The notes under the pieces: model-generated
Told to the model about the DNA's origin: nothing
Database searches by the model: none
The model's input: the letters and a program-made list of their open reading frames with translations, nothing else
Shown: piece by piece, positions 9,779-18,864 of the stretch
Numbering within the stretch: the first letter of the stretch is position 1
Layout of the letters: each line of letters starts with the position of its first letter
Made by a program: the position numbers and the translations under genes
NCBI GenBank assembly: GCA_016235455.1
Contig: JACRKZ010000045.1
Coordinates: 2,807-54,281, forward strand
From: Armatimonadota bacterium
Lineage (GTDB): Bacteria; Armatimonadota; UBA10988
Direction: 5' to 3'
DNA: 51,475 nt

Positions 9779-10106
9779 AATTGCTCTCCGGGTGAGAATC
9801 TGTCTGCGGTCGGCTCACACACTGGACTGGACGGCGCCGCCCTGCGCGCTGTTGAGCGTGGGGCAGGCCGGGCCGAGGTGATTCTAGACCGCGCTAGGGC
9901 CGGATGATAGCATGAGATGCAGACGTTTGGGATAGCTTGCCGCGACGGCTTGGTCGTCGCGGCGGCTGATGCTGGTCGTCTGTCAGCATGAATTGCGTCG
10001 CGGGTTGGGCTGCCCCGCGCACGGTCACACGGCGCATGCCGGCCACGGGAGGGGCTGGTCGAGCGCTGTGGTGGGAACCTTGCCTGAGCGATGGGATAGC
10101 TGATCC

Positions 10107-10814
10107 ATGAGCACGTTGTTGACGATTGCCGCGCATCCCGATGATGCGTCGCTGTTCTGGGGTGGCACTCTGGCCCGCCTGGTCGATGAGGGCTGGCAGG
10201 CGGTTTCGGTCACGGTCGACGATGGCCGCGGCGCGCCGCACTCCTTCGAGATGGACGCCGACACGCTGGCCGACACGCGGCATCGCGAGTTGGCCTGGGA
10301 GAGCCAGCGGCTCGGCGCGACCATGGCCCACCTGCAACTGCAGGGCGTCAAGACCACCGAGTCGCGCGACCGCTGCCACGCCGAGTTGGTCCGGCTCATC
10401 CTTGAGCATCGGCCCGAGCGCGTGATCATCCACAATCTCAACGACAGCCACGCCACGCACGTCATGGTGGCCAAGCTCTCCTTGCGGGCGCTGGTCGCCG
10501 CGCACGTCGCCGACGCCGGCTACGCGCTGCCGGAAGTGTGGCAGGCCGATGGCTGGGAGCCGGTGCACTACCCCGACCTGCGCATCGATGTGACCCGGTA
10601 CATGAACATCAAGATGCCGGCCGTCGCCATGCACGGCAGCCAGGTGTTCGACACGCCATACCTGATGGGTGCCTGGGGGCTGGCCCTGTATCGCGCCGGC
10701 TTCGCGGCCAGCCACGAGGTGACCGACCCCGGCGTGCTGTTCGCCGAGGCGTTCCGCCGTATCGCCCCCGAGAACCTGGCCGCCGTGTCGGCCGACAACG
10801 ACCCCGAGGCCTAG
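10107..10814 (+). CDS. PIG-L/LmbE-family deacetylase
   Basis: AAHPDD motif, DSHATH second metal motif, AEAF near the C-terminus. Confidence 0.85.
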   Translation: MSTLLTIAAHPDDASLFWGGTLARLVDEGWQAVSVTVDDGRGAPHSFEMDADTLADTRHRELAWESQRLGATMAHLQLQGVKTTESRDRCHAELVRLILEHRPERVIIHNLNDSHATHVMVAKLSLRALVAAHVADAGYALPEVWQADGWEPVHYPDLRIDVTRYMNIKMPAVAMHGSQVFDTPYLMGAWGLALYRAGFAASHEVTDPGVLFAEAFRRIAPENLAAVSADNDPEA

Positions 10815-10836
10815 TCGGCCCGTTGGAGCCAGCAAG

Positions 10837-12222
10837 ATGGATTTGCCTGTTCCGCGCTTTCTGCCGCCGCTTGAGCCGGGCTTCCGCCCGGCCGTGCTGG
10901 CTAACCGTGCCTTCCGCGAAGCCGCCTCCGCTGCTGGCGGTGTGGCCTGCGCCATCGCCCTGGAGCGCGCCGACGGCTCGACCTCGCGCTACGACACCGT
11001 GGTCTTTCCCGACGGCCATCCGCGGGCCGGCGAGAACCTGAAGTACGTCGAGCGACTGGTCAAGTTCCTGCTCTGGCAGCGCGGCGGCTGGCGCGTGACC
11101 GTGGGTGGACCCGCGCGCATCGGCCAGTACGTCGCGTCGCAGTACAGCGCCGACGGCCCGCGCGCCTTCGACGCCGACCTGATGGGCCGACAGGTCTATG
11201 AGCGGCCGTTCGAGGTGGTCGTCACCGATGTCGCCAGCGTGCCGGTGGCCGCCGAGTCGACTAAGGCGCTCGGCCGGCATCTGGACGGTTGCCGCATCGG
11301 CTTCGATCTGGGCGCCAGCGACCGCAAGTCCAGCGCCGTCATCGATGGCGAGGCCGTGTTCAGCATCGAAGTGCCCTGGGACCCGCGCAACTTCGCCGAC
11401 CCGCGGCTGCACTACGAGGGCATCAACGACAGCCTGAAGCGCGCCGCGGAGCACCTGCCGCGGGTCGACGCGATCGGCGGCAGCTCGGCCGGCATCTACG
11501 TGAACAACCGGACCAAGGTGGCCTCGTTGTTCCGCGGCCTCTCGCCCGACGCCTTCGAGCAGCACATCAAGGAGATCTTCCTGCGTCTGGCCGAGGAGTG
11601 GGGCGGCGTCCCGTTCGACGTGGTCAACGACGGCGAGGTCACGGCGCTGGCCGGCAGCATGTCGCTGGGCGTCAACGCTATCCTGGGCGTGGCCATGGGC
11701 TCCAGCGAGGCTGGTGGCTACGTGACGCCCGACGGCACCATCACCGACTGGCTCAACGAACTGGCCTTTGCGCCGGTGGACTACAGCGAGACGGCGGCCG
11801 TGGACGAGTGGTCGGGCGATGCTGGCGTCGGCGCGTTGTACTTCTCACAGCAGGCCGTGGCGCGGCTGACCGACCCGGCCGGCATCGAGGTGGACAAGAG
11901 CCTGCACCAGGCCGAGCAACTCATCGAGGTGCAGAAGCTGATGGCCGCCGGCGACGAACGCGCCGCCGCCATCTTCGAGAGCATCGGCATCTACCTGGGC
12001 TACAGCGTGGCCCACTATGCCGACTTCTACGCGCTCGACAATCTGCTCATCCTCGGCCGCGTGACCAGCGGCGTCGGCGGCGACATCATCATCGACCGCG
12101 CCAACTCGGTCATCGCCGCGGAGTTCCCGGAGCTCCGGGGCGTGCACATCGGCCTGCCGGATGAGAAGGCGCGCCGTGTGGGGCAGTCCATTGCCGCGGC
12201 CAGCCTGCCTGTCATCGGCTGA
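10837..12222 (+). CDS. ROK-family sugar kinase-like protein with N-terminal extension
   Basis: IGFDLGASDRK, VVNDGEVTALAG, GVAMGSSEAGGY, WLNELAF. Confidence 0.85.
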   Translation: MDLPVPRFLPPLEPGFRPAVLANRAFREAASAAGGVACAIALERADGSTSRYDTVVFPDGHPRAGENLKYVERLVKFLLWQRGGWRVTVGGPARIGQYVASQYSADGPRAFDADLMGRQVYERPFEVVVTDVASVPVAAESTKALGRHLDGCRIGFDLGASDRKSSAVIDGEAVFSIEVPWDPRNFADPRLHYEGINDSLKRAAEHLPRVDAIGGSSAGIYVNNRTKVASLFRGLSPDAFEQHIKEIFLRLAEEWGGVPFDVVNDGEVTALAGSMSLGVNAILGVAMGSSEAGGYVTPDGTITDWLNELAFAPVDYSETAAVDEWSGDAGVGALYFSQQAVARLTDPAGIEVDKSLHQAEQLIEVQKLMAAGDERAAAIFESIGIYLGYSVAHYADFYALDNLLILGRVTSGVGGDIIIDRANSVIAAEFPELRGVHIGLPDEKARRVGQSIAAASLPVIG

Positions 12223-12242
12223 GTTCCGCTGCCAATTGGCGT

Positions 12243-12287
12243 ACGATGAGGATGGGTCGAGCACGGCCCATCCTCATCGTCATTTGT
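12243..12287 (+). terminator. Stem-loop, probable terminator after the ROK gene
   Basis: ACGATGAGGATGGGTCG-agca-CGGCCCATCCTCATCGT, a 17-bp stem with one G-U pair, followed by CATTTGT. Confidence 0.6.
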
Positions 12288-12298
12288 GGGGTTTGGAC

Positions 12299-13228
12299 AT
12301 GGCGGATGATCGCCTGCGCGCGGTGCGCGCGATGGTTGATGGCTACATCGACAGGGTTGAGGACGCGGACGAGCGGCGCGCGGCGATTCGGCACCTGGAC
12401 GGCGTGGCCAGTCTCGCCGTGCTGTTGGCCCTGCGGCGCGGGCTGGACGCTGAACTGGCGGCCGTCTGCGGCCTGGTGCATGACCTGTACTCGTATGCCA
12501 CGGGCATCCGCTGGCTCCACGCGGTCAGCGGCGCTGAGATGGTGCGGCCGATGTTGCGCGACACCGGTCTGTTCACCCCCGAGGAGGTGCTGCTGGTGGT
12601 GAGCGCGGTCTTCCACCACAGCGACAAAGCCGGCACGTTGCGGCCCGAATGGCTGGTGGCCGCCGCGCAGCCGCCACGTAGGGCGCGGACCGTGCTCCCC
12701 TTGGCGCAGCGCGTGGCCGACATCGCCGAGGCGTTGGTCGCCAGCGGCATCGAGGGTGTGCCTGGCAATGCCGACTATGAGGCCATCTGCCGGCCGTTCA
12801 CCGGCAGTGATGTGCTCGCCGAGTTCCACACAGGCTGGTGCGCGGCGTTCGTCTATGCCTGTTGCCAACGAGCAGGTCTGCGCCTGCCCCTGCGCCACCC
12901 GCGGGTGTCCTGCCGCTTCGGCGCGGTGCGCGGCTGGCTGGAATGGGCGCAGCTCGACTGCGTCGGGCTGTTCCGCGACGCCGGGTGCGAGCCGGGCCGA
13001 GGCGACATCGTCATCTACGACGATGTGCTCGGGCGCGGTCCCCATGACCACATCGGCGTCGTTCTCGAAGTGAGGTCGGCGTCCCTGCTCGTGGCCGAGG
13101 GCAACGCCGATGGCAGCAACGCGAGCGGCGTCGTAGCCCGCGACCGGCGGGGCCATATCGGCGGCTACATCCGGTTGGATGGCGACTATGTCTACGAGTG
13201 GTCGGGTGAGCCGGAGTGGTCGGTCTGA
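12299..13228 (+). CDS. HD-domain / CHAP-domain fusion protein
   Basis: N-terminal H...VHD...H...HHSDK HD pattern; C-terminal WCAAFV...GDIVIY...HDHIGVV...AEGN CHAP catalytic Cys/His/Glu pattern. Confidence 0.75.
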   Translation: MADDRLRAVRAMVDGYIDRVEDADERRAAIRHLDGVASLAVLLALRRGLDAELAAVCGLVHDLYSYATGIRWLHAVSGAEMVRPMLRDTGLFTPEEVLLVVSAVFHHSDKAGTLRPEWLVAAAQPPRRARTVLPLAQRVADIAEALVASGIEGVPGNADYEAICRPFTGSDVLAEFHTGWCAAFVYACCQRAGLRLPLRHPRVSCRFGAVRGWLEWAQLDCVGLFRDAGCEPGRGDIVIYDDVLGRGPHDHIGVVLEVRSASLLVAEGNADGSNASGVVARDRRGHIGGYIRLDGDYVYEWSGEPEWSV

Positions 13229-13235
13229 CTCGCTG

Positions 13236-14378
13236 CTAGAACGTCGTCTCGAAGCGCGTGCCCAGCACCAGCGCGTCGGCGCCGCCGCCGCCGGGATGGA
13301 TCAGGTACTGCGCGCCGGCCTTGGCGGCCAACCAGGGGCGCACCTGCGCGCTGTATAGAGCTTCGATCGCGGTCTCGGTGCTGTACGCCAGGCCCGCGCG
13401 CGGGTCGAAGCCCACCTGGAAGACGGCCAGGGCGAAGGCGTCCTTGGGCCGCGAGGGCAGGGGGCCGGTCCACTGCAGACCGAGCGCCCAGCCGGTATGC
13501 GCTGTGCTACGGTTGCGGGGCGCCCAGGCGAAGTGACCGAACAGGCCCACCCCGCGGCAGTCGTCGCCCTGGCCGCCTTGGCAGGCCACTTTCTGGTCAA
13601 AGCTCACGTAGTACCCGTAGCTGCCGCCGTAGGTGCGGGGCGTGACCGTGTTCACCGACGGATAGGGGTTGGTGTCCCACCACCAGCCGGCATAGAGGTC
13701 CCCAGGCAGGCCGTTGACGCTGTAGCGCAGGTTGGGCTGAGCGAAGTAGATGGGCTGGTGGCCGAACTTGTCGCGGAACGCGCCAGCACTGACGCTGAGG
13801 TGCGGCGTGGCCTGGACACCGGCCGACACGCCCCAGGCCTGGTCGGGCGAACTGGGCAGCGGCATCAACGGCAGGAACGCAGCGGACGAGTTGGTGCACA
13901 TGGACGAGTAGTCACATCCGCCGAAGTCATCGTTGGCTTCCTGCTTGCCGATCTTCAGCCAATGACCGCCGCGGAAGTCGTGGCGGTAGTAGAGCTGCGC
14001 CAATTGCACGAAGTCGCCACCCGTGATGTTGGAGCAACAGTGGAAGTCGCCGAGCCGATTGGACACCGTCTGCCCGTGCTGCGCCTGAACATGCAGCACG
14101 ACCGTGCCACCGCGCCACAGCTTGGCCGCCTCGGTGTTGAGGTTCATGTACAGGCTGGCATCGCCCCGGTAGTTGGCGCCCGAGCGTGCGCCACCACCGG
14201 TCACCTTGGCCGTCGCTTCGCCGGTGTAGACCAGCGACCAGTCGATGCCGGCACCTGCCAACCAGCGGTCGCCGCCCCAGAGCTGGGCCAGGCGCTCGGT
14301 CTCCGCGCGGGCCGCGCTCATCACCGACAGCCAGCAGGCAGCAACGCCGACCGCCATCCACCTTCTGCTTGCGCCCAT
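13236..14378 (-). CDS. OprB-family carbohydrate porin
   Basis: Signal peptide, amphipathic beta-strands, ETAIEALY...QYLIHPGG motif, C-terminal Phe. Confidence 0.85.
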   Translation of the reverse strand: MGASRRWMAVGVAACWLSVMSAARAETERLAQLWGGDRWLAGAGIDWSLVYTGEATAKVTGGGARSGANYRGDASLYMNLNTEAAKLWRGGTVVLHVQAQHGQTVSNRLGDFHCCSNITGGDFVQLAQLYYRHDFRGGHWLKIGKQEANDDFGGCDYSSMCTNSSAAFLPLMPLPSSPDQAWGVSAGVQATPHLSVSAGAFRDKFGHQPIYFAQPNLRYSVNGLPGDLYAGWWWDTNPYPSVNTVTPRTYGGSYGYYVSFDQKVACQGGQGDDCRGVGLFGHFAWAPRNRSTAHTGWALGLQWTGPLPSRPKDAFALAVFQVGFDPRAGLAYSTETAIEALYSAQVRPWLAAKAGAQYLIHPGGGGADALVLGTRFETTF

Positions 14379-14549
14379 CCGTTCGCTCCAATAGCCACGT
14401 CAACTTGCCATCGGCCGGAACGGGGATTGGTTCACCGTGCTAGATGAACTCTCTGTGACCCCAGCGCCGGCCAAGGTGCCATAGAGCGCCTGGCAGGCGA
14501 AATGGCACGGCGCGTAGGGCGGGCCGCGGAGAGGCGGCTGAGGCGGGGA

Positions 14550-16040
14550 TCAGGGCAGACGGACGGCCCCGGGCGCCAGCAGCGCGGGCTTCAGCGTCCA
14601 GGCTTGCCGCCGCGCATGGGCGATGACGTGGGGCGCATCGAAACCCGGCGCGAAGCACGGCCAGTGGAAGCACTCGGGGCCACCGCGGATATGCGTGGCG
14701 GGCGCCAACTCGGTCGGACTGAGCTCGACGCCGGCCGGCAGATGGCCGGTGGCCGACACGCCGCGCAGCAGGCGCAGCAGGCCCATGAGGAACTCTTCGG
14801 GGGCGATGGGCTGATTGGCCACGGGCACCGCCGCCGGCAGCGCACGGGCCGCCCGCTCACGGCCGGGCTCGCCCGCCGGCGCACAGCGGCGGCAGAGCCA
14901 GCCGGCCGCCTCGAGCAGGCTGTCGGCAGCCACGCTGACCGGTTCGCTCAGCCGCGGCCCGGCGCGATGCGGGCCGTCGACGCTCAGCGCGCGGCCCAGG
15001 CGCGGCGCCTTGGCCGGCGGCAGATCGCACGGCGCCAGCAGCCGGACAGCGGCCATGAGCAGTTCGCCGGCGCTGAGCCAGCCGCGCGACACGCGGGCAT
15101 AGCTCACCGTGTCCACCCACTCGGCGGTGGCCTCCACCAGCTCGTCCAGTCCGTAGTAGCGCCGCACGGCACGGTCGGGATAGAGATCGGGCAGGTCGGA
15201 GCAGCCGATGGACACCGCATCGGTGCGCGACACGCCGCGCAGCCAGCAGTCCAGCGCCTCGAAGCGGCGGGCGAGTTCGGCCGGGCTGGGTACCGGCGGG
15301 AGCTGGGGGTTGTAGACCAGCCGCGGGCGCACGCTGTCGCTCAGCCAGAGCGTGGCGGGGTTGCGGCCAGCGGCGAAGTTGACCGCGTCCCAGAAGGCGT
15401 CGGTGGACCACTCGCAGGGATGGTAATAGATGCTGACCACCCCGCCGCCATCGGCCTGCACGCGGCGCACATGGTCGCGCAGGCGGGTCAGGGCGTCGAG
15501 TTCGCTGCCGGGCGTGGCCGGGTCGAAGCGCGGCGCGCGGCCCAGCCGGAAGACGTGCAGCAGACCCATGAACCAGAACGGACGGTCGTCGAGCCCGACC
15601 CACGGCCCGTCATCGACATAGGTCGGGATACCCCAGTCGCGCAGCACCGGGTACATCTGCGGTGCCCAGGCGGCGCCGGCCTGGCCGAAGGTGCAGGCCG
15701 ACTGGCCGAAGATGCGCTCCACATCGTGCAGGCCAGCGGTCTCGCGGGCTCTGAACAGCTCCTCGCCCTGGTGCCAGGACAGCACCTCGCAGTACTCGGT
15801 GACCACGGGATGGGCGCTATGAAAGTCGGTGTGATAGCCAATGTCGTGGCGGGCAAGCGCATCGATGACGTCCGCGCGGCCACGGTCGGCCAGCACACGC
15901 GCCTTCTCGCCCACGACCTTGAAGGTGGCGCGCACGCCGTGCCGTTCGTGCAGTCCGGCGATGCGCAACGCCGCATCGTCCGACGCGGGATGCACGAAAT
16001 CTTCCGTGTCATACCAGACGCAGACGTACGTCTTGGCCAT
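14550..16040 (-). CDS. Polysaccharide deacetylase (CE4/NodB)-like protein
   Basis: WYDTED, ATFKVVG, HDIGYHTDFHSAHP, SIYYHP motifs. Confidence 0.65.
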   Translation of the reverse strand: MAKTYVCVWYDTEDFVHPASDDAALRIAGLHERHGVRATFKVVGEKARVLADRGRADVIDALARHDIGYHTDFHSAHPVVTEYCEVLSWHQGEELFRARETAGLHDVERIFGQSACTFGQAGAAWAPQMYPVLRDWGIPTYVDDGPWVGLDDRPFWFMGLLHVFRLGRAPRFDPATPGSELDALTRLRDHVRRVQADGGGVVSIYYHPCEWSTDAFWDAVNFAAGRNPATLWLSDSVRPRLVYNPQLPPVPSPAELARRFEALDCWLRGVSRTDAVSIGCSDLPDLYPDRAVRRYYGLDELVEATAEWVDTVSYARVSRGWLSAGELLMAAVRLLAPCDLPPAKAPRLGRALSVDGPHRAGPRLSEPVSVAADSLLEAAGWLCRRCAPAGEPGRERAARALPAAVPVANQPIAPEEFLMGLLRLLRGVSATGHLPAGVELSPTELAPATHIRGGPECFHWPCFAPGFDAPHVIAHARRQAWTLKPALLAPGAVRLP

Positions 16041-16067
16041 CGCGGACCTCGCTGGCTCGGCGTTGGT

Positions 16068-16418
16068 TCAGCCGCGCGCCTCGGGGTGATGCGCCACGAA
16101 ATGCAGCGCGAATTTGCAGATGGCCGCCGCGCGCGTGGTGGCCGTGGCCTCCAGCAGGATGGTGCCGGCCTGCACATCGGAGTAGTCGACGCGATAGCCC
16201 GCACGCGCGTCGCGCTCGTCGAGCCGGAAGCCTGCGGCCATGAAGGGCTTGAGCTTGTCCAGTACCGACTGCGCCAGGGCCTCGTCGGTGGAGTACTTGG
16301 GCGCCACGAACGGCTCCAGCGGATGGGCCTTCTGGCCCATGACCTCTTCGGCCACGTGGATGTCCATCGTGCGGCCGGGGGTCAGGCGGTTGATGGCTTC
16401 GGTAGTCAGTTGCGCCAT
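16068..16418 (-). CDS. Small protein resembling the phage ABA-sandwich (BC1872-like) domain
   Basis: GRTMDIHVAEEVMG...PKYSTD..LAQSVL...AAAICKFAL pattern; SD GGAG upstream of the ATG at 16418. Confidence 0.6.
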   Translation of the reverse strand: MAQLTTEAINRLTPGRTMDIHVAEEVMGQKAHPLEPFVAPKYSTDEALAQSVLDKLKPFMAAGFRLDERDARAGYRVDYSDVQAGTILLEATATTRAAAICKFALHFVAHHPEARG

Positions 16419-16465
16419 GGCGGTCTCCGAGCCTGCTGATTGGCCTCCGCTCGCCACGGTCCTCC

Positions 16466-16495
16466 TTGACGCGCGGTGCCTGCCCGGGCTAGCAT
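16466..16495 (+). promoter_or_regulatory. Sigma70-type promoter TTGACG-N18-TAGCAT
   Basis: Hexamer match; ATG of a small ORF lies 7 nt downstream. Confidence 0.5.
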
Positions 16496-16502
16496 GACCA
16501 GC

Positions 16503-16616
16503 ATGAGTGAGCGCCATCGCAAAGCCTGGTTCGTGGCCACCTGCCTGCTCCTCCTGGCCGCCACGATGATCACTTGGCTGTGGCTCGATCGCGCCGTCAG
16601 CGTTCTGCGCCGGTAG
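16503..16616 (+). CDS. Putative 37-aa single-pass membrane peptide MSERHRKAWFVATCLLLLAATMITWLWLDRAVSVLRR
   Basis: Basic N-terminus, about 20 hydrophobic residues, basic C-terminus; promoter positioned for a leaderless transcript. Absent from the supplied ORF track. Confidence 0.5.
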   Translation: MSERHRKAWFVATCLLLLAATMITWLWLDRAVSVLRR

Positions 16617-16851
16617 CGCCGCCGCTCGACCTTCTCCGCCGCCCGCCGTGTTACATGCGCCGACTCCCCGCGCGTTCTTCGCCCGAACAGCGTTTGCTAC
16701 ACGGCCACCCGTTCCCGCGTTTCCGCTGCAAGTCGGCTCTGTGGGCGGATTTGTGCGGCCGCCTCTGCCAGGCGCCATGCAAACACCGTGCGAACACCCT
16801 CAGGGAGTCGGGAAACCAGGTTCACCAGGCCCAGATTCGCGCCGTTTCGCC

Positions 16852-16880
16852 TTGACGAGCGATCCCCTCCTAGCTAAGCT
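16852..16880 (+). promoter_or_regulatory. dcw promoter TTGACG-N17-TAAGCT
   Basis: Canonical spacing; lies directly upstream of the MraZ boxes. Confidence 0.65.
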
Positions 16881-16885
16881 CTAGC

Positions 16886-16921
16886 TCGGGAGCGGATGGG
16901 AGCGAATGGGGCCAAAAGGGT
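16886..16921 (+). promoter_or_regulatory. MraZ operator: four GGG-core boxes at 10-bp periodicity
   Basis: tcGGGagcgg atGGGagcga atGGGgccaa aaGGG, with GGG at 16888, 16898, 16908 and 16918; matches the known TGGGN direct-repeat MraZ site. Confidence 0.75.
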
Positions 16922-16957
16922 CCTCATCCCAACCGCGGCGGACCCGGAGGCTGACAG

Positions 16958-17425
16958 GTGATCGGGACTTACGAGGCAGCGCCGGACAGCGCTGGGAGAA
17001 TCACCGTTCCGCTGGCATTGCGCCGGCGGCTGGGTGATGACCTCGTGATCTGTCGCTCGCTGCCGCCCGAGAACCATCTTCTAGTGTACGACCCGGCCGG
17101 GTTCGACGAGTTTCTGCGGCAACTCTTCCCGGTCGAGCCGGTGACGGCGCAGAGCCAGGGGCTCAAGCGCCTGGTCAGCGGCAGTGCGCACGAGGTGCGG
17201 CTGGACAAGGCCGGCCGCGTCCTGGTTCCGCCGCGGCTGCGCGAGCGCGCCGGCATCGACGGTGCGGTGGTGGTGCTGGGCATGGGCGACCACCTCGAGA
17301 TCTGGTCCGCCGAACGCTATCAGCAGTGGGAGCAGGACGCCGACGGCGAGGTGGCTGCGGCCGAGTTCACCGCCAAGCGCGAGGAGATCGAGCGCGACAG
17401 CCGGCTGCGACTGGGGGCGGCATGA
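16958..17425 (+). CDS. mraZ: Transcriptional regulator MraZ
   Basis: Two AbrB-like repeats (DSAGRITVP, LDKAGRVLVP), GMGDHLEIWS; first gene of the dcw cluster. Confidence 0.92.
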   Translation: MIGTYEAAPDSAGRITVPLALRRRLGDDLVICRSLPPENHLLVYDPAGFDEFLRQLFPVEPVTAQSQGLKRLVSGSAHEVRLDKAGRVLVPPRLRERAGIDGAVVVLGMGDHLEIWSAERYQQWEQDADGEVAAAEFTAKREEIERDSRLRLGAA

Positions 17426-18384
17426 GCACCACGCAGCATCCCTCGGCGGGCGAGCATCGGCCGGTGATGGTGGCCGAATGCATCGACGGTCTCGGCCTGG
17501 CGCCAGGCCGGGTGGTGATCGACGGCACGCTGGGCCAAGGCGGCCATGCGCGGGCGTTCCGGGACGCGGTGCTGCCCGGTGGCCAGCTCATCGGCCTGGA
17601 CCTGGATCCCGACGCCATCATGGCGGTGAAGACCTGGCTGGGCGATGACCAGGACGGCGTGACGCTGGTGCACGAGAGTTTCGAGAATCTGAGCGCGGTG
17701 GTCAAGCGCCATGCGCCGGGCGGCGTGGACGCGATCTTCCTCGATCTGGGGGTCAGTCGCGATCAGCTCATCTCGGGACGCTTCAGCTTTCAGGGCGATG
17801 GCCCGTTGGATTTCCGGCTCGACCCCACGCGGGGCGAGACGGCGGCGGACCTGCTGGCACGGCTCAGTGAGACCGAGTTGGCGGATCTGCTCTTCGAGTA
17901 CGGCGACGAGCGCTTTGCGCGGCGCATCGCGCGGGGCATCGTCGAGACGCGGCGGGACAACCCGCTGCGTACCGCCGAGCAGTTGGTTGAGGTGATCCGC
18001 CGAGCCTACCCGGCCGGTGCGCGGCATGGACGAATCCATATCGCCACCCGCACGTTCCAGGCTCTGCGCATCGCCGCGAACGGCATGATGACCGCGCTGG
18101 AGACGGCACTGCAGGACGCGCCGCGCCTGCTCAAGCCGGGCGGTCGCCTGGCCATCCTGACGTACCACAGCGGCGAAGACGGACGTGTCAAGCGGGCCTT
18201 CAGGGACCTCTTCCGCGCCGAGCATCCTGACTCGGCGGGTTTCGAGTTGGTCACTCGCAAGCCGATCGGTCCCAGCGAGGCGGAGTGCCTGGAGAACCCA
18301 GGGGCTCGTTCCGCCCGACTGCGTGTGCTGGCTGCCCGTGAGCCCGGCACCGCGTCGGCGGGCGAGGAGAGGAGATCTCGATGA
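17422..18384 (+). CDS. rsmH: 16S rRNA m4C1402 methyltransferase
   Basis: HRPVM, DGTLGQGGH, DLGVS, GPLDFRLD, ATRTFQALRIA, NPGARSARLR; ATGA overlap with mraZ. Confidence 0.95.
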   Translation: MSTTQHPSAGEHRPVMVAECIDGLGLAPGRVVIDGTLGQGGHARAFRDAVLPGGQLIGLDLDPDAIMAVKTWLGDDQDGVTLVHESFENLSAVVKRHAPGGVDAIFLDLGVSRDQLISGRFSFQGDGPLDFRLDPTRGETAADLLARLSETELADLLFEYGDERFARRIARGIVETRRDNPLRTAEQLVEVIRRAYPAGARHGRIHIATRTFQALRIAANGMMTALETALQDAPRLLKPGGRLAILTYHSGEDGRVKRAFRDLFRAEHPDSAGFELVTRKPIGPSEAECLENPGARSARLRVLAAREPGTASAGEERRSR

Positions 18385-18851
18385 GCATGGCGCAGCCGAT
18401 CCACCGCACCTATCCCGAATCCGTCACGGCGCCGGCCGTGGAGCCCCCTGCTGTGCGCCCGCGGCCACCAGCCGCGCCGCGGACCCGGTCGCGGCGCGGT
18501 GCCTGGGCCGATCTGCGGCCGATGATCACCCTGACGTTCGTGGGAGCCTGCCTGGGCCTGATGAGCGTGGTCTATCTGACCGCCTTTGCCCGCCTCACGG
18601 CGCACGGCACGCGCATCAGCGAGCTCGACCGGCAGATCGCCGCCGCCGAGGCTGACCTGCAGCGCTCCAAGGGCGAGATCTCCCGCCTCACGCGGCGCGA
18701 CCGCATCGAGCACGAGGCGCCACGTCTCGGCCTGGTACAGCTGCCCGCGGGCGAGGCCGCTGATGCCTGCGCCACGCGTGCGGTGAGCTATGAGCCCCTG
18801 CCGCGCCAGGTCTCACGCGGCGGCGGCAACCTGGTCGCCACGCGCAACTGA
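18381..18851 (+). CDS. ftsL: Cell division protein FtsL-like
   Basis: One TM segment then a coiled coil ending RIEHEAPRLGL; located between rsmH and ftsI. Confidence 0.8.
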   Translation: MSMAQPIHRTYPESVTAPAVEPPAVRPRPPAAPRTRSRRGAWADLRPMITLTFVGACLGLMSVVYLTAFARLTAHGTRISELDRQIAAAEADLQRSKGEISRLTRRDRIEHEAPRLGLVQLPAGEAADACATRAVSYEPLPRQVSRGGGNLVATRN

Positions 18852-18864
18852 GCGGAAGGCCGCC

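Noticed and set aside
16640-16830. LexA-like GAAC/GTTC half-sites and a TGC(A/G)AACACC direct repeat upstream of mraZ
   Set aside because: Spacing and mismatches do not fit a known box; may be chance.
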